From assembly GCA_944376205.1 (NCBI GenBank), contig CALWBV010000004.1, positions 6,341-70,340 on the forward strand: 64,000 bases of DNA, given 5' to 3'. Each line of letters begins with the position of its first letter. The stretch's first letter is position 1. Position numbers and translations under genes: made by a program. This DNA is from an uncultured Christensenellaceae bacterium. GTDB taxonomy: Bacteria; Bacillota; Clostridia; Christensenellales; UBA3700. Under the pieces are notes generated by a model. That model did not search any database, was not told where the DNA came from, and was given only the letters and a program-made list of their open reading frames with translations. Positions 43,465-53,312 of this stretch are shown one piece after another.

Positions 43465-44163
43465 ATGAAACTCAAAGAAAGAATGCGAATTTTTGCCAAG
43501 GATAAACAATTGCGTATCCGAACTTATGCGCTGTTCGGCATGATATATAATATTGTGTGGTCTGTCGCAAAGCTTTTGATAGGCATTGTCAGCGGAGCTT
43601 TTTTCTTTGCAATAAGCGGTATTCATACTCTTTTTACAGGTATAATCAAAAGCGTGTTTTTCAAAAATTACCGCAAAGCAGACGGAGTCAGAGAAGTTAA
43701 GGCAAGCCGTGCGATGGGAATACTGACCATGATATCCGCTGTGGCATTTACGGCATATATGGCAAGACTTTTTTTCGTATCCGACAACAGCTCTTACGGC
43801 GAGATAACCTCCATTGTAATAGCGGCATTTGCATTCGGTGAATTGGGCATGAGTATAGGCGGCTTTGTCAAGTCCCGTAAAAAAGAAGATCTTATGTTGT
43901 CGGCACTTAAAGGCAGTAAAATGGCAAGCGGATTTTATGCGATAGTGCTTACGCAGACGGCTATACTTTCCGCCAAAGGCAACACGGGAGTCGGACCTTT
44001 TAACGCTTTGTCGGGAGTAATATTCGGATTTTGCGCTTTTGTAGTAGGAGCAGGCGTCCTTATATATACTTATACTGCTGACGGAATCGTCAAAGCGGTA
44101 AACGCTCCCGATGACAAAGACGAATCATGCGCCGAAGATAATTTGACGCAAAAAGCGGATTAA
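43465..44163 (+). CDS. Polytopic membrane protein (hypothetical)
   Basis: Six hydrophobic segments. SD aaaggtg. Confidence 0.6.
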   Translation: MKLKERMRIFAKDKQLRIRTYALFGMIYNIVWSVAKLLIGIVSGAFFFAISGIHTLFTGIIKSVFFKNYRKADGVREVKASRAMGILTMISAVAFTAYMARLFFVSDNSSYGEITSIVIAAFAFGELGMSIGGFVKSRKKEDLMLSALKGSKMASGFYAIVLTQTAILSAKGNTGVGPFNALSGVIFGFCAFVVGAGVLIYTYTADGIVKAVNAPDDKDESCAEDNLTQKAD

Positions 44164-44378
44164 ATCCAAAGGATTATCGGTGACGAAAGCGCAAAGCGCT
44201 TTGAAGAAATCGGAAATTCGACAAGCCGATAAATAAAGTCGGCTGTCGGTAGTGCCGTAAAGCCGTCAAAAGCCTTGTAACGGGTCTTTTTGCGAGTGGC
44301 GATAAGTTTTACGTTGTTTTACCTTATTGCCGTCAGAACGGCTGTTTTGCGCCCGAATAGGCGTATTATATATAAAAA

Positions 44379-44403
44379 ATACCTGCGTAAAAGCAGGTAT
44401 TTT
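44379..44403. terminator. Bidirectional terminator
   Basis: atacctgc-gtaaaa-gcaggtat flanked by A-run and T-run. Confidence 0.8.
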
Positions 44404-44478
44404 GTTTTGTATGTGAATTCAGATGTTTATATCCTTTTGAGCACCGTATTAATGACGGTATCAAACGGTTTTGTTTTT

Positions 44479-47169
44479 TTATGCTCTGTCGAGTTTGAAG
44501 CTTACCGTTACGCTCTTACCCTTTTCGAGTTTAAGAGTTTTGCTTTCCGAAGACAATCCGCAGGTAAGAGTGATTTCGCAATCTTTTTCGGGATTGATAG
44601 TTACTTTTGCCGTCTTGTCGGCAAGATTCCATTCGAGCGACGTCATGACAGCCTGTATCTTGAGGCGCAGACCCTTGATGCTTCCTTTGTCAAAACCGCT
44701 TGTAGGCACGCAAGGCAAAATTTCCACGGCTTTTTCGTCAGAGTAAACGAGCGCTTCGTTTATCATACCGAGATATCCTATCGCAAAGTCTGTGCAGTAG
44801 CAACTTCCTCTGTTGGTATCGTGGTTGGTCATAAGCGAATCGTAGTAAATGTTTTCCGCCATAAGTCCGAGCATGGCTTGAGTAGCGGCTTCTCTGTCAC
44901 CCAATCTGTCGGCTATAAGAGTGCGGTGTACAAGCGCATGGCTTGCGTCGTTTTCGCTTGCACGGTTTTCGATAGCTTTGATTGCCGCCTGTTTGAGCTG
45001 GTCGTCGTATTTAGTGTAGTTGAGCGGCCATACGCAGTAGAGGTGGCTCAAGTGTCTGTGCAAGTTGTTTTCCTTCAATTGCGTAGCTGCCCATTCCTTA
45101 AGCGCTCCCGTTTCGTCGAAAAGGAAAGGAGGGAGGCTGTCTCTCAAATCTTCCCATTCGCTTACGTCGGCATTAGGGTCGAGGTCGAGCATAATGTCTA
45201 TCAGCATGTTGAGGTCGTCAGTACATGCGGCAATATCTATCGCACAGTTTGCGGCGGTAGGATTTTGTCTGTCGGGGGCATTGTCGTAAATAGGATAGTT
45301 TTCAGGCGAATAAGAAGGAATAATACAATATGTTTCGCCTTCGCCCAAGGAAGTTTTGCCTTCCTGATAACGGATATATCCGTCTGCGTCGGTATAGTAT
45401 TCGGGAGTAAGGAGTTGTTTCCAGTAGTTAGCCGCCTTGGTTAGAAGGGGAAGCATTATATCTTCTTTGAGATTGAGATATCCTCTTTCCTCGAATGCTG
45501 CGATCTGACTGTCCGAAAGATCCGTTTCGGTAGTCGATAGTACGGACTTGAGTTTGTCAAGATCGAATTCCTCGCTGACGGGTATCTGCAAATCGCCGTA
45601 ACAAAGGAGCGTTTCGTAGAGGGGTTGGAGCATCCAGCTTGTACCTGCGTTCCAATATCTAAACGGATAAGGATAGCAGCTTTCTGTGAATATCGCTCTG
45701 TCGCCGTCCGTATTTACGGGCGCCTGCAATGCGTCGGTATAACCGTGTGTAGCGTAGGCGTTATCTTCCCAATCGGGAGCCTGGCGGAGAATAAAGTTGA
45801 CGTATCCGACAGGCGCAGAAATTATATTGGAACTGTTCATCGACGAGGTCTGCAAATTGACGTTGGCGTCCATTGTGTATTTGGAACCCCAGCCTGCATT
45901 CCATTCGCCCGTCCACATGCCGTAAAGACGGCTTGTAGAATATCCTGCGCAACAGAGATATGCGTATCTGCCAGAATAATAAGTTTTTTCAGCCAGATTC
46001 GAGGAGATTTGTTCGTCCTTGATACGTTGAGTTTTGAGCAGGCTTTCGTTGGGAATATTCTGCTGTGCGTAAAGAGAAAAGTCAACGGCGTTGTACATAG
46101 GAGTAAAAATATCCGTGTGAGCTTTGAGCGCTTTTGCGTGATCGAACTTGCCGTTTGATGTGTATTTGCTTGCGACTTGCGCAGTTTCGTTGTAAAGCGT
46201 ATCCACGAGTTCGTAGGATTCTTTTGTCTTAAACGAATCTATATCTCCCATATCGAAAGTACGGTCGGAAGCGGTGATGACATACACGTTGTCGGCGTCG
46301 GTAATTTTTATTGCGGGGTTGGAGTCTCCTACATACTCTTTGTCGGTTACTTTGTTAAGTTGAGTCAATTCTTTGCTGCCGCCCTCGCATACGATATAGC
46401 ATACGGTAGCATAGCCGCCCTTTTTGAGTTCGCTGTTTTCGTAATCGGGATAGTGCGCTACAAAAGCCAGATAATCGCCGTTGTCGCCGGCAAGTTTTTT
46501 GTATTGAAGATCGACTTCGTTTCCGTCGCCGTAGTTGGTCATTACGGAAATATTGTCAATGGAAAGCGTAAGGTTGAGTTTGCTTCCCGTTGAGGACGAA
46601 GATATTTTGGTGATGCTTACGTTGTCGGCTTGCGAGGTAAAACTCGTTCGCTGCCACGAACCTTTTGAGTCGGTATATTTTACGCCGACTTCTGCGGTTT
46701 CGTAATCGGTATAACGCAAATAGTCGGTGGTTTTGTCTTCTTTTTGAGAGATACGGAGAATACCGCCAGCATGATACATATATACGTCGTCGTAGCTTTG
46801 GTTATCGACGATATCTTTACCGTTTATGATATTTTGTCTTACAGTTTCGAGATCGGCAAAAGATACGGGATTTTCACGCTCATTTTTGTTTGGCAAAATG
46901 AAGTGTATGTTTTGATATATCAGAGTGTCTTCATAAGGTGCGCCGTTGGTGATGAAACCTTGCAGTCCGTTGCCCGAAACCATGCCTTGGCGCCATGCGT
47001 TGGAACCGTTTGTAGAGTCTTGTTTATACTCCTCGTATTTTTCCGAATAAGACATCTTTGCCTTGAAGAAATTGTCTTCGGGAGTGTCTTTGCAGGCAAC
47101 AAGAGAAAATACAAGACCTGCGATAAGAGCCATAACGGCTATAATGCAAAAGATTCTCAATTTTTTCAT
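44479..47169 (-). CDS. GH95-like glycoside hydrolase lipoprotein
   Basis: Lipobox FSLVAC. The N-terminal WRQGMVSGNGLQGF resembles the GH95/Glyco_hyd_65N_2 pattern, and HRHLSHLYCVWP is a GH95-type barrel motif. I prefer the start MKKLRIF at 47169. Confidence 0.6.
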   Translation of the reverse strand: MKKLRIFCIIAVMALIAGLVFSLVACKDTPEDNFFKAKMSYSEKYEEYKQDSTNGSNAWRQGMVSGNGLQGFITNGAPYEDTLIYQNIHFILPNKNERENPVSFADLETVRQNIINGKDIVDNQSYDDVYMYHAGGILRISQKEDKTTDYLRYTDYETAEVGVKYTDSKGSWQRTSFTSQADNVSITKISSSSTGSKLNLTLSIDNISVMTNYGDGNEVDLQYKKLAGDNGDYLAFVAHYPDYENSELKKGGYATVCYIVCEGGSKELTQLNKVTDKEYVGDSNPAIKITDADNVYVITASDRTFDMGDIDSFKTKESYELVDTLYNETAQVASKYTSNGKFDHAKALKAHTDIFTPMYNAVDFSLYAQQNIPNESLLKTQRIKDEQISSNLAEKTYYSGRYAYLCCAGYSTSRLYGMWTGEWNAGWGSKYTMDANVNLQTSSMNSSNIISAPVGYVNFILRQAPDWEDNAYATHGYTDALQAPVNTDGDRAIFTESCYPYPFRYWNAGTSWMLQPLYETLLCYGDLQIPVSEEFDLDKLKSVLSTTETDLSDSQIAAFEERGYLNLKEDIMLPLLTKAANYWKQLLTPEYYTDADGYIRYQEGKTSLGEGETYCIIPSYSPENYPIYDNAPDRQNPTAANCAIDIAACTDDLNMLIDIMLDLDPNADVSEWEDLRDSLPPFLFDETGALKEWAATQLKENNLHRHLSHLYCVWPLNYTKYDDQLKQAAIKAIENRASENDASHALVHRTLIADRLGDREAATQAMLGLMAENIYYDSLMTNHDTNRGSCYCTDFAIGYLGMINEALVYSDEKAVEILPCVPTSGFDKGSIKGLRLKIQAVMTSLEWNLADKTAKVTINPEKDCEITLTCGLSSESKTLKLEKGKSVTVSFKLDRA

Positions 47170-47270
47170 AACTTCCCTCATTATTTTTAATTTATCAAAA
47201 AAAGTTTAACATAAATCAAATACAAGGTCAACAATGTGACCGAAATTATCTTTTGCGTGCAAAAAGAGAA

Positions 47271-47293
47271 AAGGCGGTTTTGTCAACCGCCTT
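47271..47293 (-). terminator. Terminator after the FtsX fragment
   Basis: aaggcggtt-ttgtc-aaccgcctt, followed on the minus strand by ttttctcttttt. Confidence 0.7.
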
Positions 47294-47316
47294 TATATTT
47301 TGCAATAAGTATCGGA

Positions 47317-47991
47317 TCAAAGCGAACGTATGCTTTCCACGGGTTTTTTCTTTGCGTTTGAATAAACGGGGAAGAATGTAGATATAAAAGCCGATACGAT
47401 TGCTATCGCAACAATCATTATTACGGAGAGTATTCCGAAGTTGAATATCGATACCGTAATACCCGAGTCTTTAGAAAGGGAATTGTTGATAAGTCCTGCG
47501 AATACTCCCGTAAATATTATTGACAGGATTATGCATATTGCCGCAATGATAAATGCTTCGCAGAAGAATATCTTGAATACGTCCGTACCCCTTGCGCCTA
47601 CGGCTCGCAGTATGCCTATTTCCTTTTTCTTTGCAGATATCGACGCCGTGATGAAATTAAACAACAACAGCATGGAGAATATTGCAAGTACTATACCTAC
47701 CCAAAGAAATACTTTAGAGAGAAGTTCTACCAGCATATTGTAATACGACAATTCGTCGAGCATACCCGTAGTCGCTTCGTATTTGACGCCTTGCGAATCG
47801 TAAGAATTGTTATAAGTCAGGATATCTTTTATCTTCGAAGCGCTGCCGTCAGTGGATACGAATGCACGGGAGAACATAGCGTCCGAATAGTTTTGGGGAG
47901 AGAACGAGGTTGTGCTTTGCGAAAACATTCCTCTTGCGATGCAGAAGCTTTTATATGTCTGTATGACATCGTCCGATACGTATGCATACAT
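47317..47991 (-). pseudogene. 3' fragment of an FtsX/MacB-type ABC transporter permease
   Basis: Only the last FtsX module is present (ISAKKKEIGILRAVGARGTDVFKIFFCEAF... three TM helices). There is no N-terminal TM/periplasmic half and no ATPase gene nearby. The listed N-terminal extension (48147-47992) is AT-rich nonsense-like sequence. Confidence 0.6.
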
Positions 47992-48301
47992 TGACTTGGC
48001 ATGAAAATAGACACGGGTAAAGTATTTTTTTTGATGATAATTAAAAAATTCAATAAGGTAATGTATCTCTGATTTGTATAAATGCAATGACAATATAATA
48101 ATAAACAATTGACATATCATTAGCAAAATAATAAAATTTATATACACTATTCACAATAGTCAATATTTTTAAATTATTTATCGAAATCTAATCACAATAA
48201 AAGTCTCGTTCAAGAAAATGAGGATATTTTTCTAAAAATTAGTTTTTAATTATACGACAGACAAATGTCGGTTTTGCCGACAAATATACGGAGGGGTTAA
48301 A

Positions 48302-49225
48302 ATGAACGAAGAAGAAAAAAATAAATCACGATACGCAACCCTTAAAGCATTGATATTTTGCGATATTCTGTCATTGATTTTTATTACGTTGTTTTCAAGC
48401 GAATATATCTTTGACAGCGGCAGTAAATCATTGCAGACGGCATATATTGTATTATGTGCAATTGCAATTTTTCTTTTTGCGGTAGGTATTATAGTTAGCT
48501 TTTCCAAGTCAAATTTTCCTTTCCCTTTGGTATCGATAATCTTTAATACGGTTTCTACTATAATTATAGTTTCGATAGCGCTGTCGATAATTAAGAAGTC
48601 GGGAAATTCAGATATGTTCGAACCTATCTGGGGTATCATATTTATTCCATTTTCAATGGGGTTGTTTTTGTTTTGGCTTCAAGAAAGTATTTTCGGTATG
48701 AAATGGTCTTTTTCGCAAAAGATAATAAGCGCATTGGCATTAGCGGCAGGATGTCTGATATGTATCTATTTGATAAGAGAAGATGATTTCTCGGCCGTAT
48801 CTTTAGGTATATTGATGCTGGCTTTTATATATTCATTACCTTATGTAGCGGGTAGCGTTGCAATTGTCTATTTCATCTCGGGTGTCATATGGCTTAAAAA
48901 TGAAATATCTTCATACAGACAGCTTTTAGAAGAAGGCACGGAAACGCTCGATAAAACAGAAATTTTCACGTCATTCAGTTTGCTTTCGCTAACAATTGCT
49001 TTGAGTGCAATATGCCTTATAATGCTTTTGGCAATTTTAGGAATAAATATTAAACACTGGCGTGAAGAAAAAAAGATAAAAAGATTCGAAGAAGCAAATA
49101 AAAAATTGGAAGAAAGCAGAAAAGAATTAAGAAAGACGCTGGATTCTCTGAATGAGCTTATTGACGGTGACGAAAATTCTCAAAGCGACGATACGTACGG
49201 CGAAGACGAATTGTCAAAAAATTGA
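48302..49225 (+). CDS. Polytopic membrane protein with C-terminal coiled-coil/acidic tail (hypothetical)
   Basis: SD ggagggg. About 8 TM helices, then REEKKIKRFEEANKKLEESRKELRKTLDSLNELIDGDENSQSDD. AT-rich. Confidence 0.65.
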   Translation: MNEEEKNKSRYATLKALIFCDILSLIFITLFSSEYIFDSGSKSLQTAYIVLCAIAIFLFAVGIIVSFSKSNFPFPLVSIIFNTVSTIIIVSIALSIIKKSGNSDMFEPIWGIIFIPFSMGLFLFWLQESIFGMKWSFSQKIISALALAAGCLICIYLIREDDFSAVSLGILMLAFIYSLPYVAGSVAIVYFISGVIWLKNEISSYRQLLEEGTETLDKTEIFTSFSLLSLTIALSAICLIMLLAILGINIKHWREEKKIKRFEEANKKLEESRKELRKTLDSLNELIDGDENSQSDDTYGEDELSKN

Positions 49226-49282
49226 TTTTTACAGATAAAATGCGGTAATGTTAGATGTGCTGTGGAATATAAGGAGGATATT

Positions 49283-49435
49283 ATGGATAAAAAACGTATA
49301 GATAATGATGAACAAAAGCGTGACGAACAACTCGAAAAGAAAAAACAAGAGCTGATAGATTTTGTAAATAACGAGTTGGACAGACTTCATAAAGAATTGT
49401 TTGATGACGATAAAAACCCCGATTCTGAAAGTTGA
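49283..49435 (+). CDS. Small charged helical protein (50 aa), not in the ORF track
   Basis: Strong SD aaggagga, then 4 nt, then ATG. Translation: MDKKRIDNDEQKRDEQLEKKKQELIDFVNNELDRLHKELFDDDKNPDSES*. I prefer it to the hydrophobic 70-aa antisense ORF 49229-49441. Confidence 0.55.
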   Translation: MDKKRIDNDEQKRDEQLEKKKQELIDFVNNELDRLHKELFDDDKNPDSES

Positions 49436-49524
49436 CGGCACATTGTCAACGGGTTTGCAATCACGATTTTAGAATGGAATTTAGCTGTTAAATTGTTTAT
49501 TTGCTATAAAAATCAACTAAAAAA

Positions 49525-49549
49525 ATCCCCGATTTCGTCGGGGATTTTT
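49525..49549. terminator. Bidirectional terminator
   Basis: atccccga-tttcg-tcggggat flanked by aaaaa and ttttt. Confidence 0.85.
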
Positions 49550-49572
49550 AGCGTTATTTGCATTTTTTCGAT

Positions 49573-50376
49573 TTATATTTTTACCGCAACGGGTTTATGA
49601 TTCAGGTACTTAAAAAGGTATCTAAATCCCAATTCTTTTGCCGCATGACATGCCTTGTCATAGTTGGCGCAAAGACGGCTTGTTCGGTGTGCGTCGGACC
49701 CGAAAGTCAAAAGTTCGCCGCCGAGCTCCTTATAGCGTGCCAAAATTTCCGTAGACGGTAAAAAGTCAAGACCCGTACCTTCGCTGTGCGTATTGAGTTC
49801 TAGCGCTTTGCCTTTTGCGATTATAGCTTTGAGAATATCGTCGATGATGTCGGAAAAATCCTTGTAATCGAGCGAAATGTCGCTGTAAGTGGATTTTCTG
49901 ATGACATAACCGATATGGCCTATGCTGTCGTAATGATAGGGGGCGTCTACACTGTCTCTTACGGCTTTAAGATAGGCGTAGTATGCCTGATATTTGGTGC
50001 GTTTTTCGAAGTATGACGGCATATAGCAGTCTTCATACTCTATGGTGTGTACGGAGTTGATGATTATGTCCGTATCGTATTTTTTGAGGTTTTCGAGGTA
50101 AATTCCGTCGGCTTCTGCCATATAACCGCATTCTATTCCCACTCCGACTTGGATTTTATCCTTGTATTTTTCTTTAAGCGAAGACATGACCTTAAAGTGA
50201 TTGTCGAGATCGATTTGCGGTATATACGAAAATTCGGGTAAAAGCGTCAGTTCGCCGTCGTAATGGTCGGTAACCGCTATATATTCGAGACCTTTTTGAA
50301 TAGCGAATTTGATAAGTTCTTCGGGATCTTGCTGACTGTCATGCGAATGCATGCAATGCGTATGAGTATCAAACAT
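49573..50376 (-). CDS. PHP-family histidinol-phosphatase (HisJ-like)
   Basis: MFDTHTHCMHSHDS..YIAVTDHYD..NSVH..GSDAH are PHP metal-binding motifs. I prefer the start at 50376 after ggagaaat. Confidence 0.75.
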   Translation of the reverse strand: MFDTHTHCMHSHDSQQDPEELIKFAIQKGLEYIAVTDHYDGELTLLPEFSYIPQIDLDNHFKVMSSLKEKYKDKIQVGVGIECGYMAEADGIYLENLKKYDTDIIINSVHTIEYEDCYMPSYFEKRTKYQAYYAYLKAVRDSVDAPYHYDSIGHIGYVIRKSTYSDISLDYKDFSDIIDDILKAIIAKGKALELNTHSEGTGLDFLPSTEILARYKELGGELLTFGSDAHRTSRLCANYDKACHAAKELGFRYLFKYLNHKPVAVKI

Positions 50377-50500
50377 TTTTATTTCTCCTGCAAGCAATAT
50401 AATACTCCAATCAAGAGTATTATGTCAAACGCAGTACATTGACAAAATCACTGCGTTAATGGTAAAATATATAAAATTTTATCTTTAAGAGGACGAATTT

Positions 50501-51178
50501 ATGTCATCGCATTTGGGCAATAGCTGGGACGAAAAGCTGGAGAGTGAATTTTCCAAGGATTATTTTGAAGACATAAGAAAGTTTTTGCGCAAAGAATACA
50601 GCCAATATCACGTATATCCGCCTATGAAAGAGATACTTTCGGCATTTGAGTACACGCCTTACGAAAAAGTCAAAGTCGTTATACTCGGTCAGGATCCCTA
50701 TCACGGATACGGACAAGCCAACGGACTTTGTTTTTCGGTGCGCAAGGGCGTGAAATGTCCGCCTTCGCTTGTCAATATTTACAAGGCGCTAGAATATGAC
50801 CTCGGCATACCCGTGAGCGACTGCGGAGATTTGACGGGTTGGGCAAAAGAGGGCGTGCTTCTTCTCAATACTTCTCTTACGGTCAGAGAGGGCTGTCCGC
50901 AAAGTCATTCCAAGATAGGCTGGGAAAGATTTACCGACGCAGTTATAAAAATGGTCAGCGACTCGCCCTACCCTACCGTATTCATGCTTTGGGGCAATCC
51001 CGCAAAAGCCAAAGAAAAGCTTATAGATACGTCAAGACATCTCGTATTAAAGAGCGTGCATCCCTCTCCGCTGTCTTTTTACAACGGTTTTTTGGAGTGC
51101 AGACATTTTTCAAAAGCCAACGAATTTTTGAAGGCGCATGCGAGAGGAGAAATAGACTGGTCAAGACGCGGCGAATAA
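50501..51178 (+). CDS. ung: Uracil-DNA glycosylase (family 1)
   Basis: VVILGQDPYHGYGQANGLCFSV, LLLNTSLTV and HPSPLS are UNG signatures. Confidence 0.92.
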   Translation: MSSHLGNSWDEKLESEFSKDYFEDIRKFLRKEYSQYHVYPPMKEILSAFEYTPYEKVKVVILGQDPYHGYGQANGLCFSVRKGVKCPPSLVNIYKALEYDLGIPVSDCGDLTGWAKEGVLLLNTSLTVREGCPQSHSKIGWERFTDAVIKMVSDSPYPTVFMLWGNPAKAKEKLIDTSRHLVLKSVHPSPLSFYNGFLECRHFSKANEFLKAHARGEIDWSRRGE

Positions 51179-51356
51179 AAGCCGTGTTTTTGTTTTGCGT
51201 ATAAAAGTCGGCTTTTTTGAAGCAAATTAAAAAAATATTTACATATGCACAGTTAAAAGTCGTAAAAAAAGTTGAGAATTTTATTGCAATATATTTTTCG
51301 TTATATTATAATTATACTTGCTATTATATAAATTACCTGCGATATAGGAGTTTAGT

Positions 51357-52880
51357 ATGAATAAATTGTTCAAGATTATTATCCTTTGTCTCGTGGTTTG
51401 TATGCTTGTGGGCGTGTTCGCCGCATGCGAAAACACCAAATACGGACCTATCGGCACAACCGAGGACAAAGACAAAGAGGTCGTCAACAACGGCGGTCTT
51501 ATAGTCCAACAGGGCAAATACGTCTATTACGTCAACGGTATGGACGCTACTTCCAATATTACCAAGCCCGAGGATAACTATTTCGGCAAGGCTTCCGTAA
51601 AAGGCAGCATCATGAAGAGCGAAATAGCTGAAGACGGTACTATCAAGAGTACTGACGTAGTAGTTCCCAAGATGATGTATACTTCCGCTACCAACGGCGG
51701 TATCTATGTGTACGGAGAATGGATATATTATCTCTCCCCTTCCACAAAGACTGACAACCAAAGCAACGTGCTCGTAGATCAGCTTGTTGCGGCACGTACC
51801 AAGATAGACGGCACGAAAACACAGGAAATCGCAGAATTCAGTGCGACTGATACCAAGTATGTGTTTACCGCCAACGGTCTCGTTTATTATGAAGGATCAG
51901 AACTCAAGAAAGTCGGATACAATTCTTCTGACATAGACAAGAAAGCGACGGTTCTTGCAAGCGAAGTAGCTTCTGTTTTGTTTACAGAGAAAAGCACGAC
52001 AGTATTCTTCACCAAGAACAGCGAGAACGACGCACGTCAGAATAACAATATCTTTGCCGTAGTTGACGGCGCAGTCAAGGAAATCGTTATCGACAGCACT
52101 TACGAGGGCAGCGACAGCGATCTTTCCAAGCAATATGTATTTACGCTTTTGTCTTATGACGCAAAAGAAAACGTGCTTTATTACAGCAAATCCGACAGTT
52201 CGAATAATTCTGCAAAGATAAGCGGAACATACGGTTACAAGTTTGGCGAGGACTTTGCTTTCGATACCACGAAAGAAAAGATGTTTGCTACCACTTCCCT
52301 CTCCACTTTCGTAAGTCTCGGTTTTGACAAGGGACTTCTCGATATGTCGGCAGCGGCTCTCAAACTCTATAAACCTCTCGCAAACGGCGCTTATGTAAAC
52401 GATACCGAAGTTTATGCTACCCTTTCCGCAACGGGCGCAAAGGTAATCAGCATAGACGACAACTATATGTATTATGTAATCTCCAATATTCTTTACAGAA
52501 TACAGTATGCCGATAAGAATGCGATCGCAGACATGATAAGCGACGATAAGATCAATACGTCATGGCTCAATATTTCCGTAATCGACGGACATTTGTACTA
52601 TATCGACGGAACATACAGCTATATGTTCAGAATGGATCTTGACAGCTACAATCCCGTAAACAATGCAGAAAACGACGGCAAAATTTCAGGTGAAATCGTA
52701 AGCGGTACCAGAAGAGCTGCCGTAAGCAAAGACGAGGATGGTGAAATCCATATCACCTATGTATCTGACGACGCTAACGAAGAGGGTGTAAGATACTATC
52801 AGCTACCCAAGTATATGACCGAGAGCGACGTAAAACTCTACGCATCTGCTCTCTATGACGCTGACGAGGACGCTGAATAA
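51357..52880 (+). CDS. Beta-propeller-like (DUF5050-type) lipoprotein
   Basis: Lipobox VFAAC. Recurrent YYxxG-type blades: YVYYVNG, WIYYLSP, LVYYEGS, VLYYSKS, YMYYVIS, HLYYIDG. Confidence 0.55.
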   Translation: MNKLFKIIILCLVVCMLVGVFAACENTKYGPIGTTEDKDKEVVNNGGLIVQQGKYVYYVNGMDATSNITKPEDNYFGKASVKGSIMKSEIAEDGTIKSTDVVVPKMMYTSATNGGIYVYGEWIYYLSPSTKTDNQSNVLVDQLVAARTKIDGTKTQEIAEFSATDTKYVFTANGLVYYEGSELKKVGYNSSDIDKKATVLASEVASVLFTEKSTTVFFTKNSENDARQNNNIFAVVDGAVKEIVIDSTYEGSDSDLSKQYVFTLLSYDAKENVLYYSKSDSSNNSAKISGTYGYKFGEDFAFDTTKEKMFATTSLSTFVSLGFDKGLLDMSAAALKLYKPLANGAYVNDTEVYATLSATGAKVISIDDNYMYYVISNILYRIQYADKNAIADMISDDKINTSWLNISVIDGHLYYIDGTYSYMFRMDLDSYNPVNNAENDGKISGEIVSGTRRAAVSKDEDGEIHITYVSDDANEEGVRYYQLPKYMTESDVKLYASALYDADEDAE

Positions 52881-52907
52881 TAAGTAAAATGCCATATGTA
52901 ATAAAAA

Positions 52908-52930
52908 GGAGCGGTTTCCGCTCCTTTTTT
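52908..52930 (+). terminator. Rho-independent terminator
   Basis: ggagcgg-ttt-ccgctcc followed by tttttt. Confidence 0.85.
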
Positions 52931-53271
52931 ATGTGCTTAAAATGCGGCAAATAAAGTTTGATAAATCGATGCTTTTAACCGATAAATTCTTGGGTCGTAT
53001 AAAATTTATAATACAATCTATATGAAAGACAATTTGAGAATTATCGTGGGATTTTAATACTCTCGGTCGGCATGATGTTTAGATTGACATATTTATAAAA
53101 AGGGCTCCCCTTTTCCCTTTTCTCTTTTGCCCTTTTGTGATTGGGAATGGCAAAGTAAACAGTCGGGAGAGACAATTAGATTTGACGAAACTAAAAGTGT
53201 ATGCAAACTTAACAGGTCGTCAGATGTTTATTGTCAGAAGGTTTTATGGTTATCGGGGAAAGACAAAAAAA

Positions 53272-53295
53272 ACGGCGGATATTTCCGCCGTTTTG
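53272..53295. terminator. Terminator of the SIS gene (bidirectional shape)
   Basis: acggcgga-tatt-tccgccgt flanked by aaaaaaaa and tttt. Confidence 0.8.
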
Positions 53296-53312
53296 CTTTT
53301 GAATTTATAATA

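Noticed and set aside
44290-45444. 384-aa plus-strand ORF opposite the GH95-like gene
   Set aside because: It is a codon-aligned shadow with no SD, and it starts in an intergenic terminator region.
49229-49441. 70-aa hydrophobic minus-strand ORF
   Set aside because: It lies antisense to a plus-strand 50-aa ORF that has a near-perfect SD, and it has no SD of its own. The choice between the two is not certain.
53040-53260. Pyrimidine-rich tract (gggctccccttttcccttttctcttttgcccttttgtg) followed by purine-rich gggaatggcaaag..gggagag, in a 430-nt gap between convergent genes
   Set aside because: It could fold into a structured RNA, but I see no promoter/terminator pair bracketing it and no match to any RNA family I can recall. 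There is too little evidence to call an ncRNA.
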